A stretch of 64,000 nt of DNA from Sedimenticola sp. GTDB lineage: Bacteria; Pseudomonadota; Gammaproteobacteria; Chromatiales; Chromatiaceae. Shown here piece by piece: positions 33,940-44,325 of this stretch. The DNA is taken from NCBI GenBank assembly GCA_027083925.1, contig JALWMK010000033.1, positions 211 through 64,210 on the forward strand. Direction: 5' to 3'. The translations under genes were made by a program, and so were the position numbers. How positions within the stretch are numbered: position 1 is the first letter of the stretch; each line of letters begins with the position of its first letter. The notes under the pieces were generated by a model. It had not been told where the DNA came from, searched no databases, and worked only from the letters and a program-made list of their open reading frames with translations.

Positions 33940-34267
33940 ATTTCTCCTGCGATATACTTTTTGTTACGGGCAAGGTAGTAATGGAACGAGCTTGCAATGG
34001 GTGAGATCATGTGGGACATAGGTGCAAAATACCCCGCAGACCCAAGCCGTGATAGATGTACAAGACTATCTGTAACAACGACGGGAAATCAAGGAACGGC
34101 TTCACGTTGTGGTGGCTCACCTGCTGTGCTTGTTCCCGGAGCGGTTACCATTTTCCCGACGCAGTACAGCTAGAGAACTGTTGGTGCCGCCAGGGGTGCC
34201 GGGCCAACAATTCCCGGTGGTTCGCATGCGCGAATTCTATCAGAAATGCCATCAGAGGTTAATAAAA

Positions 34268-34762
34268 ATGATGCGGGCATACAGAAATGTTATTTTCAGC
34301 GGGTTCCTGCTGGCGTGTATCCAGGCAACTGCAGCCTCGGGTGTCGATTTCTCCTATCCGGATCTGGACGGTAAGATGCATAAACTGTCCGATTACCGGG
34401 GGAAATGGGTAGTTGTGAACTACTGGGCGACCTGGTGTCCACCCTGTCTGGAAGAGCTTCCGGAACTTGAGGTTTTCCACAATAGCCACAAAGACAGGGA
34501 TGCGCTAGTGTTGGGGCTGAATATGGAGGATATCGAGCTGGACAAACTGCGCGCCTTCGTACGGGAGCGCTTTCTGTCCTATCCTGTTTTGCGGGCAGGT
34601 AGTTCTCCGGAAGAGGTGCTGGGCGAAATTCCAGGCTTGCCAACCACCTTTCTGGTAACTCCGGATGGGAAAGTCGTTGCCCGTCAAATTGGATATATCG
34701 ATGGCAAATCCATAGAAAGCTTTATTTCACACTACAAGAATGAAGGAGGAGAAGACCCATGA
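34268..34762 (+). CDS. TlpA-family periplasmic thiol:disulfide oxidoreductase
   Basis: Starts at MMRAYRN (34268) with a signal peptide. Active site WATWCPPCLEE. Confidence 0.8.
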   Translation: MMRAYRNVIFSGFLLACIQATAASGVDFSYPDLDGKMHKLSDYRGKWVVVNYWATWCPPCLEELPELEVFHNSHKDRDALVLGLNMEDIELDKLRAFVRERFLSYPVLRAGSSPEEVLGEIPGLPTTFLVTPDGKVVARQIGYIDGKSIESFISHYKNEGGEDP

Positions 34763-35280
34763 AAGCGCTGCTGGCATTGTTGGTGCTGCTGTCTGTTGGG
34801 GTGTCCGCCAGCCCCAGGGATGCGGAACAGTATTTTTTCGATCAATCCTTCGGCGATTTTACCGAAGAGCTGCAGACTGCCCGTGAACAAGGAAAGAAAG
34901 GCATTCTCATCATGTTTGAAATGGATGAATGCCCATTTTGTCACCGCATGAAAACCACTGTGCTCAACCAACCGGAAGTGCAGAACTATTACAAGAAACA
35001 CTTCCTGATCTTCAGTGTGGACATCGAAGGGGGCATAGAGATCACTGACTTCAAGGGCAGGCCCACCACGATGAAGGATTTTGCATTCAAGCAGCTTCGT
35101 GTACGCGCCACCCCGGTGTTCCAGTTTTTTGACCTGCAGGGAGAACCCATAAAGGGCGGACGCTATACTGGCGCGACCAAAGACAGCAAGGAATTCATGC
35201 TGCTGGGAAAATATATCGTAGAGCAGGAATACCTTACCACCAGTTTCACCCGCTACAAGCGGGAGGCCGCCAAGCGCTGA
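34759..35280 (+). CDS. secreted thioredoxin-fold protein (CPFC active site)
   Basis: 173-aa ORF with a signal peptide and the motif FEMDECPFCHRM. ATGA overlap with the upstream gene. Confidence 0.65.
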   Translation: MKALLALLVLLSVGVSASPRDAEQYFFDQSFGDFTEELQTAREQGKKGILIMFEMDECPFCHRMKTTVLNQPEVQNYYKKHFLIFSVDIEGGIEITDFKGRPTTMKDFAFKQLRVRATPVFQFFDLQGEPIKGGRYTGATKDSKEFMLLGKYIVEQEYLTTSFTRYKREAAKR

Positions 35281-35281
35281 G

Positions 35282-36562
35282 ATGGGAAGAGCGCCCATAC
35301 TGTCCGGCCTGCTGCTTGCCGCCAGCGGATTGCTGGCGGAGTCCTTGCCCCAGCCACTGACTTTGCCCCAGGCGCTGAATCTGGCGGATGCGCATCATCC
35401 TGCCATCCGGGAAGCAAGAGCCAGGGAGGCGGGTGCGGGAGCGGCGCTCCTGGCCGAGGAAAGCAGTGATGACCTGCGTATTCTGCTGGAAGGCCGTCTG
35501 CAGTATCTGGAGCCATCGGTACTTTCGAGTTATCAGGAAAACAATGATAGCCGGCTGGGATTGCTGGTGGAAAAACGGCTGTATGATTTTGGCTATACCA
35601 GAGCCAGGCAGGAATCCGCCCGCTCCAGTCTGGAAGCGATCCGCTGGGATGGTTTGAGCAAGAGGCAGCGCCAGCACATCCGGGTGCTGCAAGCCTTTCT
35701 GGGGGTGCTCCTCGTGGATCTGGAATATGTGCGTGACAATGAGGCCCTGGCCATTGCCTATGTACGCCTGAACAATTTGAGGAACCAGCATGAGCTGGGG
35801 AAACTTTCGGATATCGACCTGCTGGAAAATCAAAGCCGGTACGAGGAAGCGTTGAGCCGCCGCACCGCAACCGAAGCGAAACAGCGCAGCATGCGTCTGC
35901 GCCTTGCCCTGGTTTTGAATCGACCGGGTGAGATCCCCAGTGAACTGATTCCCCCGGCCATGCCGGACATGAGCGTGACGTTGCCCACGGCGGAAATACT
36001 CGCCGAAAAGACATTGCAGAATAACGCCGCCCTGCAGTCCCTGCGAAAACGTATTGTGGCGGCGGAACAGATGCTGGTGGCGGCGCAAAAGCGCTATGGT
36101 CCCGTGCTCCGGGGAGAGCTTGGAGCCTATCAATATCACAGGGATACCGGTTCTACCTCACCCTTTCGTGCGGCTTTGGTGCTGGAAATGCCGCTATACA
36201 GCGGCGGTCGTGAGCAAGCGGAAGTGGCCAAGGCGCGGGCGGAGCTGCTGGAATACCGGGCCCTGAAAGGGAAACTGGAGCTCGAATTGCGTCAACAGGT
36301 GCTGGAACTGCGGCTGGAACAGGATATCCTGCGCCGCAAGCTGGACGAATTGCAGCTGCGCGAGGAGTACCGGGATCTCTATCTCGATCGCAGCCGCGCC
36401 CTGTATGACCTGGAACGCACCACGGATCTGGGTGATGCCATGGTGCAGATCTCGGCGGTAAAGCTGGAGATGGCGAAGGCGCAGTATCAGTGGATGATCA
36501 ACCAGGTGCAAATCAGGATGCTCACAGGCGAGCTGCTACAACAGGAGGAGCAGGAAGGATGA
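35282..36562 (+). CDS. TolC-family outer membrane efflux protein
   Basis: 426-aa ORF with a signal peptide, two repeated coiled-coil/beta halves and LTLPQALNLA at the N-terminus. Confidence 0.8.
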   Translation: MGRAPILSGLLLAASGLLAESLPQPLTLPQALNLADAHHPAIREARAREAGAGAALLAEESSDDLRILLEGRLQYLEPSVLSSYQENNDSRLGLLVEKRLYDFGYTRARQESARSSLEAIRWDGLSKRQRQHIRVLQAFLGVLLVDLEYVRDNEALAIAYVRLNNLRNQHELGKLSDIDLLENQSRYEEALSRRTATEAKQRSMRLRLALVLNRPGEIPSELIPPAMPDMSVTLPTAEILAEKTLQNNAALQSLRKRIVAAEQMLVAAQKRYGPVLRGELGAYQYHRDTGSTSPFRAALVLEMPLYSGGREQAEVAKARAELLEYRALKGKLELELRQQVLELRLEQDILRRKLDELQLREEYRDLYLDRSRALYDLERTTDLGDAMVQISAVKLEMAKAQYQWMINQVQIRMLTGELLQQEEQEG

Positions 36563-37284
36563 GATATTTCACATTGTTGTTTCTGCTGTTGGCAATGCCC
36601 TTGGCGGCCGCGGCAGAATACAAGGCGCACCTGGAGCCAGGCAGGCAACTGACTCTGGGCACACTCGTTTCCGGCGTTGTAGGGGAAGTGCGTGTCCAGC
36701 CCGGGCAGACAGTCCGGCAGGGGGAATTGCTGCTGCAACTGGATCAGCGGGAATTTCTGGCGCAACAGCGGCGGGCGCAATCCAGGCTTGCGCGGGCAGA
36801 AAGCCTGCTGGGCGAAGCGCTGCGGGAGGAAAACAGGGCCAGGGAGTTGTATGACAGAACCCTGTTGTCAGATCATGAAATGCAAAAGGCCCAGATCGGA
36901 AGACTGGAAGCCGAAGCAAGAAGGCAGGATGCCGCAGCCGAACTGGTGCAGGCAAAACTGAACCTGGAACGTTCGCGTATCATCGCCCCCGAGGATGGCC
37001 GGATACGGGAGGTGCTCGCGTGGCAAGGCCAGCCATTACAGAATGCCCTGGAGATTCAGCCCTTGCTGGTGCTCGCCACCATGGATTTCCTGAAGCTCAC
37101 CCTGTTGCTGCCAGAAAGATCCCGGATTGACGCCGTCCAGGTATTGATTGGTGATCAATGGCAAAAGGCCGTCAGGTTCGTGCTGACGCCAGTGGTGGGG
37201 GAAGGATCTTCCTGGCGGCTCGAGGCCTGGGTGAAGGGTTCGGCGGCTGAACCAGGAACGGAAGTGAGAGTGCGGCTGGAGTGA
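36559..37284 (+). CDS. short HlyD/periplasmic adaptor-like protein with cleavable signal
   Basis: Starts at MRYFTLLF (ATGA overlap with the TolC stop). Biotinyl-lipoyl-like GVVGEVRVQPGQTVRQGELLLQLD, a coiled coil, then APEDGRI. Confidence 0.7.
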   Translation: MRYFTLLFLLLAMPLAAAAEYKAHLEPGRQLTLGTLVSGVVGEVRVQPGQTVRQGELLLQLDQREFLAQQRRAQSRLARAESLLGEALREENRARELYDRTLLSDHEMQKAQIGRLEAEARRQDAAAELVQAKLNLERSRIIAPEDGRIREVLAWQGQPLQNALEIQPLLVLATMDFLKLTLLLPERSRIDAVQVLIGDQWQKAVRFVLTPVVGEGSSWRLEAWVKGSAAEPGTEVRVRLE

Positions 37285-37550
37285 TCTGTGCGCGCTGCAT
37301 CGTTTCCGGTCGTGTGCAGGGTGTGTGGTTCCGGGAGAGCACCCGTACCCGGGCGCAGCACCTGGGGCTTTCCGGCCGTGTGATCAATCTCCCTGATGGC
37401 ACCGTGGAGGTAATCGTTTGCGGTGAGGATGATGCCGTGGCCCGGTTACAGGCATGGCTCTGGTCGGGGCCGCCCATGTCCCGGGTCGAGGGGGTGGTCT
37501 GCGAGCCACTTCCAGGATATACGCCGCGCCCGGGCTTTCGTACCGGCTGA
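37281..37550 (+). CDS. acylphosphatase
   Basis: 89-aa ORF. Signature GRVQGVWFR and NLPDGTVEV. GTGA overlap with the upstream stop. Confidence 0.85.
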   Translation: MICARCIVSGRVQGVWFRESTRTRAQHLGLSGRVINLPDGTVEVIVCGEDDAVARLQAWLWSGPPMSRVEGVVCEPLPGYTPRPGFRTG

Positions 37551-37556
37551 AAAACG

Positions 37557-38090
37557 TCAGGGTGTTCCTTTCAACTCCGGGGGACGGAAGCGGCTGTCGT
37601 TCCGGCCGAAGCCGGGATGGTCGGGGCGCTGCATGAATGTATTTTCCGCTTCCGGTGGATTGGCGAAGGGTCTGGGCGCCGGGTTGGCGGGCTGCTGGCC
37701 GTACATGGGAGGCTCGGCTGGAGAGGGCTGGCTGTTCCACTTTGGCGTGATGGCGGGCGGTGGCGGGTCATAGGTTGGTGCACTATTTCCTGGCAAGGAA
37801 TCCACCGGATAGCCATAGGGAACCGTGTTGCTTCCGGTAGTATAGGGGAACGCACCATATGCAGAGGGGTATTGATTGTCCCGGGAAGGAAAGGTTTGGT
37901 AAGCACCTGCCTGGGGGCTTCTCCGGCTGGAAGGCGCGAATTGCGGATCGCCCTGGCCGGGAAGTTCCCCGGTCGGCCGATAGGTGCCGGGGATGGGGGG
38001 GTAGGGTTCGGCCCCCTGTGCATGCAGGCTGTACAGCAGAATTCCTGCGGCAATGCTGGAAAAGAGGATTGACTTGCTAAGGGAGCCCAT
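37557..38090 (-). CDS. secreted Pro/Tyr/Gly/Gln-rich low-complexity protein
   Basis: 177-aa ORF with a signal peptide (…LYSLHAQGAEP). The rest is low complexity. An alternative overlapping frame (37571-38209) has no signal peptide. Confidence 0.45.
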   Translation of the reverse strand: MGSLSKSILFSSIAAGILLYSLHAQGAEPYPPIPGTYRPTGELPGQGDPQFAPSSRRSPQAGAYQTFPSRDNQYPSAYGAFPYTTGSNTVPYGYPVDSLPGNSAPTYDPPPPAITPKWNSQPSPAEPPMYGQQPANPAPRPFANPPEAENTFMQRPDHPGFGRNDSRFRPPELKGTP

Positions 38091-38177
38091 AATTTACTGA
38101 CCTTTTTCTCGCCTGAACCCCTATACTCCGGTTGCAACTCATCCTGCCTGAAAACCCACAGATTTGGAAGCGCTTTT

Positions 38178-38894
38178 ATGGAATTGCCAGCACTGGTCAG
38201 CGGCCGCATTTTAAAGCGCTACAAGCGTTTTCTGGCGGATGTGGAGCTTGATGGCGGAGAACTGGTGGTGGCGCATGTGCCCAATACCGGACGCATGACC
38301 GGTTGCTGGGCGTCGGGTGCCGCTGTGCAACTCAGCCACAGTGACAACCCCCGGCGTAAACTCGCCTGGACCCTGGAGCGAGTGGATATGGGAAGCGGTT
38401 GGGTCGGTGTCAATACCCAGCGCACCAATCCGGTGATAGAAGAGGCTTTGCGCCAGGAGCGGATACCGGGGCTGGGGGGTTATGCGAAGATCAGCCGTGA
38501 AGTGACGCCGCCGTTGCAAGGCCGCCGCAGCCGCCTGGATTTTTTTCTGCAGCAAGGGACTGGTGAAGACGCGTGGGTGGAAGTGAAAAACGTAACCCTG
38601 TTGCAGGGAGACTGCCTGTCTTTCCCGGATGCAGTCTCGGCGCGGGGCAGCAGGCATTTGGAGGATCTCGGTGCACTTGTGGGAGATGGCTGCCGGGGCG
38701 TGATTCTGTATGCCCTGAACCGCCCGGAAGGCTGCTGTTTCCGTCCTGCGGATGATGTGGATCCTGAATACGGCTGGCGCCTGCGTAAGGTGGTGGAGCA
38801 GGGTGTGGAGGCAATTGCGTTGCGCTTACGCCATACCGACAGCGGGATCGTCAGCGCAGAAATCGTTCCAGTGGATCTGTCAGTAGCCAGCTGA
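38178..38894 (+). CDS. sfsA: sugar fermentation stimulation protein SfsA
   Basis: 238-aa ORF with the N-terminal RILKRYKRFLADV...AHVPNTGRM signature. Confidence 0.9.
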   Translation: MELPALVSGRILKRYKRFLADVELDGGELVVAHVPNTGRMTGCWASGAAVQLSHSDNPRRKLAWTLERVDMGSGWVGVNTQRTNPVIEEALRQERIPGLGGYAKISREVTPPLQGRRSRLDFFLQQGTGEDAWVEVKNVTLLQGDCLSFPDAVSARGSRHLEDLGALVGDGCRGVILYALNRPEGCCFRPADDVDPEYGWRLRKVVEQGVEAIALRLRHTDSGIVSAEIVPVDLSVAS

Positions 38895-39689
38895 ATCCGC
38901 AATCAGTCCTTTGGGCATGTGCGGAATGTGATGAACCTCTGATTGCAGCTCGCCATTTTTGCCCAGGGTAAGCATGCGCCACCCGGGAGGCAGTGCGTCC
39001 AGGCCGAACTCATCCTGCCGTGGTGAGAACTGAATGCAGGTGGAGGGGGTGGCCAGCAATTGCAAATGCCCAAGCCTGCCTTCCCAGGGCTGATGCACAT
39101 GCCCCCATACAACGCCTTTTACCGCCAGATTGTCCTTGATTCGGGAGAACAGCTCCCGGCTGTTGTCCAGGCCGATATTGTCCAGCCAGCCGCTGCCCAC
39201 AGGTACGGGCTGGTGGTGCAGAAAAACCAGGATATGAGGCGGTGCGTTTTCCAGTGCGCTATCCAGCATATCCAGCTCGCTTCGGGAAAGGTGGCCATGT
39301 TCTTTCCCCGGTACCTGGGAGTTGAGCAGAATCAGGCGCCAGTTTCCCAGGTCTATTTTCCCGCCAGTGGGTATTTGGTGCTTCTCCAGAACATTTTTCA
39401 TGCTCAGCACATGATCATGATTGCCCGGGATGGCGGCGCCAGGGCAATGAGCGCGAGCCAGGGCTTTGGCAAGGGAATGATAGCCTGCCTTCGAGCCATC
39501 ATGCGCCAGGTCGCCAGTGACAACAACCATGTCCGGATTTGTTTCGATGCAGGCACTGGACAGCACCTGTTGCAAGGCATCCAGGGTGTTCAATCCCAGC
39601 AGTGTTCCGGCGGGATCTGCATACAAGTGGCAGTCGCTGACCTGGAGTATATGCAGGTCTGATCCTTGACTTTCGTTGTTCATGGGCAT
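38880..39689 (-). CDS. cpdA: 3',5'-cyclic-nucleotide phosphodiesterase CpdA (metallophosphoesterase)
   Basis: 269-aa ORF. Metallophosphoesterase motifs QVSDCH, TGDLAHDG, GNHD and GHVH. Confidence 0.75.
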   Translation of the reverse strand: MPMNNESQGSDLHILQVSDCHLYADPAGTLLGLNTLDALQQVLSSACIETNPDMVVVTGDLAHDGSKAGYHSLAKALARAHCPGAAIPGNHDHVLSMKNVLEKHQIPTGGKIDLGNWRLILLNSQVPGKEHGHLSRSELDMLDSALENAPPHILVFLHHQPVPVGSGWLDNIGLDNSRELFSRIKDNLAVKGVVWGHVHQPWEGRLGHLQLLATPSTCIQFSPRQDEFGLDALPPGWRMLTLGKNGELQSEVHHIPHMPKGLIADSAGY

Positions 39690-39771
39690 TCAGTTAAGTA
39701 TCGAGAATACCCAGCCTATACCCGAAAATTAACGATTGACACACCCGTGTCCGCAGAATGTGAACCCCTGC

Positions 39772-40287
39772 TCAGAAGCCTTCGGTAGATGTGAACAGGC
39801 CCACACGCAAATCCCTGGCGGTGTAGATTTCCCGGCCGTCCACCTCCAGCTTTCCATCAGCAATGCCCAACACCAGTGTCCGCGCAATAACCCTTTTTAT
39901 ATCAATGGTATACTTGACCATGCCGGCCTTGGGCAGAACCTGCCCGGTGAATTTCACCTCGCCCACGCCCAAAGCGCGGCCATGCCCCGGGTTGCCCAGC
40001 CAGCCGAGATAAAACCCTACCAGTTGCCACATGGCGTCCAGGCCCAGGCAGCCGGGCATCACCGGGTCACCGGGGAAATGGCAGGCGAAGAACCACAGGT
40101 CGGGATGGATATCCAGTTCTGCGGTGATCAATCCTTTCCCATGTTGCCCACCTTCATCGGCAATGTGGGTGATGCGGTCCATCATCAGCATCTTGTCGAT
40201 GGGGAGCTGGGCATTGCCCGATCCAAAGAGTTCGCCGTGGCCGCATTTGATCAGTTCTTCTTTGCTGAAGGAGCTGGCTCGGGTCAT
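39772..40287 (-). CDS. fabA: 3-hydroxydecanoyl-ACP dehydratase/isomerase FabA
   Basis: 171-aa [27 protein letters not shown] active-site region. Confidence 0.9.
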   Translation of the reverse strand: MTRASSFSKEELIKCGHGELFGSGNAQLPIDKMLMMDRITHIADEGGQHGKGLITAELDIHPDLWFFACHFPGDPVMPGCLGLDAMWQLVGFYLGWLGNPGHGRALGVGEVKFTGQVLPKAGMVKYTIDIKRVIARTLVLGIADGKLEVDGREIYTARDLRVGLFTSTEGF

Positions 40288-41999
40288 GAGTTTGATTCCA
40301 CTTGTTGTTTGATGTGATCGACAATCCCTTCCAGGGGAACCATCGTGTTGTCTTCATCCGTGCGGGCGCGGAATTCCACCTCGTCCCTGTCCAGGCTGCG
40401 CTCACCCACCACAATGCGCATGGGAATACCGATAAGCTCATGGTCGGCGAACATGATGCCGGGGCGCTGATTGCGGTCGTCGAACAGGACTTCAATGCCT
40501 GCCGCCAGGAGTTGCTGATAGAGCCTTTCCGCTGCCTCGCGCACCTTTTCTGATTTCTTCATCTGTATGGGCAGCAGGGACACCTGGAAGGGCGCAATGC
40601 TCAGGGGCCAGATAATGCCCTGGTCATCATGGTGCTGCTCGATGGCGGCGCCAACGACACGGGACACGCCGATGCCATAGCAGCCCATGGTCATGGTCAC
40701 GGCCTTGCCGTTTTCATCCAGCACGGTGGCGTTCAGACCTTCGGAGTATTTCCTGCCCAACTGGAAGATGTGCCCCACTTCGATGCCGCGGGCGATAGTG
40801 AGACTTCCCTTGCCGTCGGGGCTGGGATCGCCTTCCACCACGTTGCGGATGTCCGCCACCCCGGGCAGGGGTACATCCCGCTCCCAGTTGATGCCGAAAT
40901 AGTGCTTGCCGTCGATATTGGCCCCGGCGGAAAAGTCCGCCAGCACCGCCACGGAGCGGTCGGCAATGGCGGGGATGGGCAGGTTCACGGGGCCCAGGGA
41001 GCCAGGCCCCGCGCCCACGGCTTCACGAATTTCCTCTTCCGTGGCGAAGCGCAGGGGTGAGGCCACCTGGGGCAGTTTCTCTGCCTTGATCTCGTTGAGC
41101 TCATGATCGCCGCGCACCAGCAGGGCAATGAGGCCGCTTTCCGCAGCTTCCACCACCAGCGTCTTCAGCATCTGCTCCATGGGCAGGCCGAATTGCTCCA
41201 CCAGTTCGGCAATGGTTCTTGCCTTTGGCGTATCCACCAGCTCCATGTCCGCTGAAGGTGCAGGGCGCTCGTTGACGGCGGGGATGGCCTCGGCCAGCTC
41301 CACGTTGGCGGCGTAGTCACTTTCCGTGGAGAAGGCGATGGCGTCCTCGCCGGCGTCGGCCAGGACGTGGAATTCGTGGGAGGCGCTACCGCCGATGGAG
41401 CCGGTGTCCGCCGCCACGGGACGGAAATCCAGACCGCAGCATTCGAAGATGCGGCCGTAGGTAGTGTGCATCAGATCGTAGGTCTGTTGCAGGGATTCCT
41501 GATCCACATGGAAGGAATAGGCGTCCTTCATGAGAAACTCCCGGGCGCGCATGACGCCAAAGCGCGGGCGGATCTCGTCGCGGAATTTGGTCTGGATCTG
41601 GTAGAAGTTCACCGGCAGCTGGCGGTAGCTCTTGAGCTGGTTGCGCGCCAGGTCGGTGATGATCTCCTCGTGAGTGGGTCCCAGGCAGAATGCCCGGTTG
41701 TGGCGGTCGTGAAAGCGCAGCAACTCCGGGCCGTACTCGTCCCAACGGCCGGATTCCTGCCACAGTTCAGCGGGCTGCACCACGGGCATGGACAGCTCCA
41801 GGGCGCCGGATCTGTCCATCTCCTTGCGCACGATGTGCTCCACCTTGCGTAACACGCGCAATCCCAGGGGCAGCCACACATACAGCCCCGAGGCCAGCTT
41901 GCGCACCAGGCCCGCCCGCAACATCAGGCGATGGCTGGGGATTTCGGCGCCAGCGGGTGTTTCCTTCAGTGTCTGCAGGGGAAACCGGGAGGTGCGCAT
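40284..41999 (-). CDS. proS: proline--tRNA ligase (bacterial type with editing insertion)
   Basis: 571-aa ORF. Class II motif [25 protein letters not shown] and an editing-domain-sized insertion. Confidence 0.95.
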   Translation of the reverse strand: MRTSRFPLQTLKETPAGAEIPSHRLMLRAGLVRKLASGLYVWLPLGLRVLRKVEHIVRKEMDRSGALELSMPVVQPAELWQESGRWDEYGPELLRFHDRHNRAFCLGPTHEEIITDLARNQLKSYRQLPVNFYQIQTKFRDEIRPRFGVMRAREFLMKDAYSFHVDQESLQQTYDLMHTTYGRIFECCGLDFRPVAADTGSIGGSASHEFHVLADAGEDAIAFSTESDYAANVELAEAIPAVNERPAPSADMELVDTPKARTIAELVEQFGLPMEQMLKTLVVEAAESGLIALLVRGDHELNEIKAEKLPQVASPLRFATEEEIREAVGAGPGSLGPVNLPIPAIADRSVAVLADFSAGANIDGKHYFGINWERDVPLPGVADIRNVVEGDPSPDGKGSLTIARGIEVGHIFQLGRKYSEGLNATVLDENGKAVTMTMGCYGIGVSRVVGAAIEQHHDDQGIIWPLSIAPFQVSLLPIQMKKSEKVREAAERLYQQLLAAGIEVLFDDRNQRPGIMFADHELIGIPMRIVVGERSLDRDEVEFRARTDEDNTMVPLEGIVDHIKQQVESNS

Positions 42000-42101
42000 G
42001 AGTTGCTCCGTAGCAAAAAACGCTAATTTTATCCTGAAATCGGGTGCAGCAGGTATAATTTACAGTTTACCCCCATAATCGAGTGTAGTTGGTGGCTTGA
42101 A

Positions 42102-43322
42102 ATGTCCAAAAACAACATAAACAAAGTAGTGCTGGCCTATTCCGGTGGCCTGGATACCTCTGTGATCCTCAAGTGGCTGGAAGATGAATATGGCTGCGAA
42201 GTGGTGACTTTTACTGCGGACATTGGCCAGGGCGAAGAAGTGGAGCCGGCCCGGGTCAAAGCCGAAGCCATGGGAGTGAAGGAGATCTACATCGAGGATC
42301 TGCGTGAGGAATTCGCCAGGGACTATGTGTTTCCCATGTTCCGCGCCAATGCCATCTACGAAGGTGAATACCTGCTGGGCACGTCCATCGCCCGGCCTCT
42401 CATTGCAAAACGCCTGGTGGAGATTGCCCGAGCCACTGGCGCGGATGCCATTTCCCACGGCGCCACAGGCAAGGGCAATGACCAGGTGCGTTTCGAACTG
42501 GGAGCCTATGCCCTGATGCCGGACGTGAAGATCATCGCCCCCTGGCGGGAGTGGGATCTGCTGTCCCGGGAAAAGCTCATGAAATATGCCGCCGATCATG
42601 GCATCGATGTGGATTTCGCCAAGGCGGGGAAGAAATCTCCCTATTCCATGGACGCCAACCTCCTGCACATCTCCTATGAAGGCGACATTCTGGAAGACCC
42701 CTGGAATGAGCCGGAAGAGGACATGTGGCGCTGGACGGCTTCACCGGAAAAGGCACCGGATGAGCCTGCCTATGTGGAGTTGAGCTATGAGAAAGGTGAC
42801 ATCGTGGCTATCGATGGCAGAACCCTGTCTCCCGCCGAGGTGATGGAATGCCTGAACAAGGTGGGCGGCGAGAACGGCGTGGGCCGGGACGACATCGTGG
42901 AGAACCGCTTCGTGGGCATGAAGTCCCGGGGCTGTTACGAAACCCCGGCGGGCACCATCATGCTCAAGGCGCACCGGGCCATGGAGTCCCTCACCCTGGA
43001 TCGGGAGGCGGCGCATCTAAAAGACGAACTCATGCCCCGTTACGCCAAGATGGTCTATAACGGTTTCTGGTGGTCTCCCGAGCGGGAAATGCTGCAGGCG
43101 GCCATCGACCAGACCCAGCAGGTGGTCAATGGCATGGTGCGGGTAAAACTGTACAAGGGCAATGTCATCGTCGTCGGGCGCAAGTCCGACAGCAACAGTC
43201 TGTTCGATGAGGCCATCGCCACCTTCGATGACGATCAAGGGGCTTATGATCAGAAGGATGCAGAGGGCTTCATCAAGCTCAATGCCTTGCGGCTGCGGGT
43301 GGCGGCAAGAAGGCAGACATAG
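42102..43322 (+). CDS. argG: argininosuccinate synthase
   Basis: 406-aa [14 protein letters not shown]-loop and [13 protein letters not shown]. Confidence 0.95.
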   Translation: MSKNNINKVVLAYSGGLDTSVILKWLEDEYGCEVVTFTADIGQGEEVEPARVKAEAMGVKEIYIEDLREEFARDYVFPMFRANAIYEGEYLLGTSIARPLIAKRLVEIARATGADAISHGATGKGNDQVRFELGAYALMPDVKIIAPWREWDLLSREKLMKYAADHGIDVDFAKAGKKSPYSMDANLLHISYEGDILEDPWNEPEEDMWRWTASPEKAPDEPAYVELSYEKGDIVAIDGRTLSPAEVMECLNKVGGENGVGRDDIVENRFVGMKSRGCYETPAGTIMLKAHRAMESLTLDREAAHLKDELMPRYAKMVYNGFWWSPEREMLQAAIDQTQQVVNGMVRVKLYKGNVIVVGRKSDSNSLFDEAIATFDDDQGAYDQKDAEGFIKLNALRLRVAARRQT

Positions 43323-43377
43323 CTTCGGGGCGGGTTTCTGGTTCGAGGCCGTACAGAATAATTCGAGGAGAGAGCAA

Positions 43378-44325
43378 ATGAGAATAGTATTGTTTCTGGC
43401 GACATTACTGGCCAGCCAAATGGTTGTCGCGGAAAAGGCCGCCCCCCTGAAGGCGGATTATGTGGCCAAAGAAGTCGCGGACGGGGTATTTGTCATTCAT
43501 GGCCCCAAAGGCCTTCCTTCGCCGGAAAACCAGGGCTTTATGAACAATCCCGGTTTCGTTGTAACGTCTGCCGGAGTGGTCGTTATCGATCCCGGCAGCA
43601 GCGTCCAGGTTGGAGAAATGGTGCTGGCGCAGGTTCGCAAGCATACGGACAAGCCGGTAGTGGCGGTATTCAACACCCACGTACATGGCGACCACTGGCT
43701 GGGAAATCAGGCGGTTTTCGAGGCATTTCCCAAGGTGAAAATCTACGCCCATCCGAAGATGATGGAGCGGGTGGAACAAGGCGCCGGCATCCAGTGGCTG
43801 GAAGTGATGATGGATTTGACCAAGGGCGCAACGGCAGGCACCCGGGTGGTATCTGCAAATACTGCTGTGGACGATGGCAGGGATATAGAAATGAATGGCG
43901 TCATTTTCCGGGTGCTGCATGACGGAAAATCCCACACTGACAACGACATCATGATTTTGCTGCCGCAGAAAAAAGTTGTTTTTCTCGGCGACAATGCCGG
44001 TTATGGCCGCATGCTGCGCCTGAATGACGGCAGCTTCCTGGGAAATATCCATAACCTCGATCGCGCAGTTGCCAGCGGCGCCACGGTATTTGTGCCCGGA
44101 CATGGTCCCACGGCAGGGCCGGAAGCGGCCACCGAGTACCGGGACTATCTGCAGGCCGTTTATGATGGGGTAAAGGAATTTTTCGAGGAAGACCTCAGTG
44201 ACTTCGAGATCAAGCCAAAGCTGTTGCCCCGACTGGGCAAGTGGCAGGATTGGGTAGATTTCGACAGCCTCGTGGGCAGCCACATCAGCCTCGCCTACCT
44301 GGAAGTGGAAGCGGCAGAATTCTGA
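43378..44325 (+). CDS. secreted MBL-fold metallo-hydrolase
   Basis: Starts at MRIVLFLA (43378) with a signal peptide. HVHGDH metal motif. The track ORF's N-terminal extension overlaps argG and is rejected. Confidence 0.75.
   Translation: MRIVLFLATLLASQMVVAEKAAPLKADYVAKEVADGVFVIHGPKGLPSPENQGFMNNPGFVVTSAGVVVIDPGSSVQVGEMVLAQVRKHTDKPVVAVFNTHVHGDHWLGNQAVFEAFPKVKIYAHPKMMERVEQGAGIQWLEVMMDLTKGATAGTRVVSANTAVDDGRDIEMNGVIFRVLHDGKSHTDNDIMILLPQKKVVFLGDNAGYGRMLRLNDGSFLGNIHNLDRAVASGATVFVPGHGPTAGPEAATEYRDYLQAVYDGVKEFFEEDLSDFEIKPKLLPRLGKWQDWVDFDSLVGSHISLAYLEVEAAEF

Noticed and set aside
35246-36139. 297-aa and 253-aa minus-strand ORFs antisense to the TolC-like gene
   Set aside because: They have no motifs and a biased composition. 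The plus frame has a signal peptide and the TolC repeat structure, and it is translationally coupled to its neighbours.
37571-38209. 212-aa alternative frame overlapping the Pro-rich secreted protein and the sfsA start
   Set aside because: It has no signal peptide, runs into the sfsA start region, and is a product of the same low-complexity DNA. The 177-aa frame with a signal peptide is preferred, though both remain weak.
43162-43377. N-terminal extension of the MBL hydrolase ORF overlapping the 3' end of argG
   Set aside because: An internal ATG at 43378 is followed immediately by a signal peptide. The extension overlaps argG in another frame.
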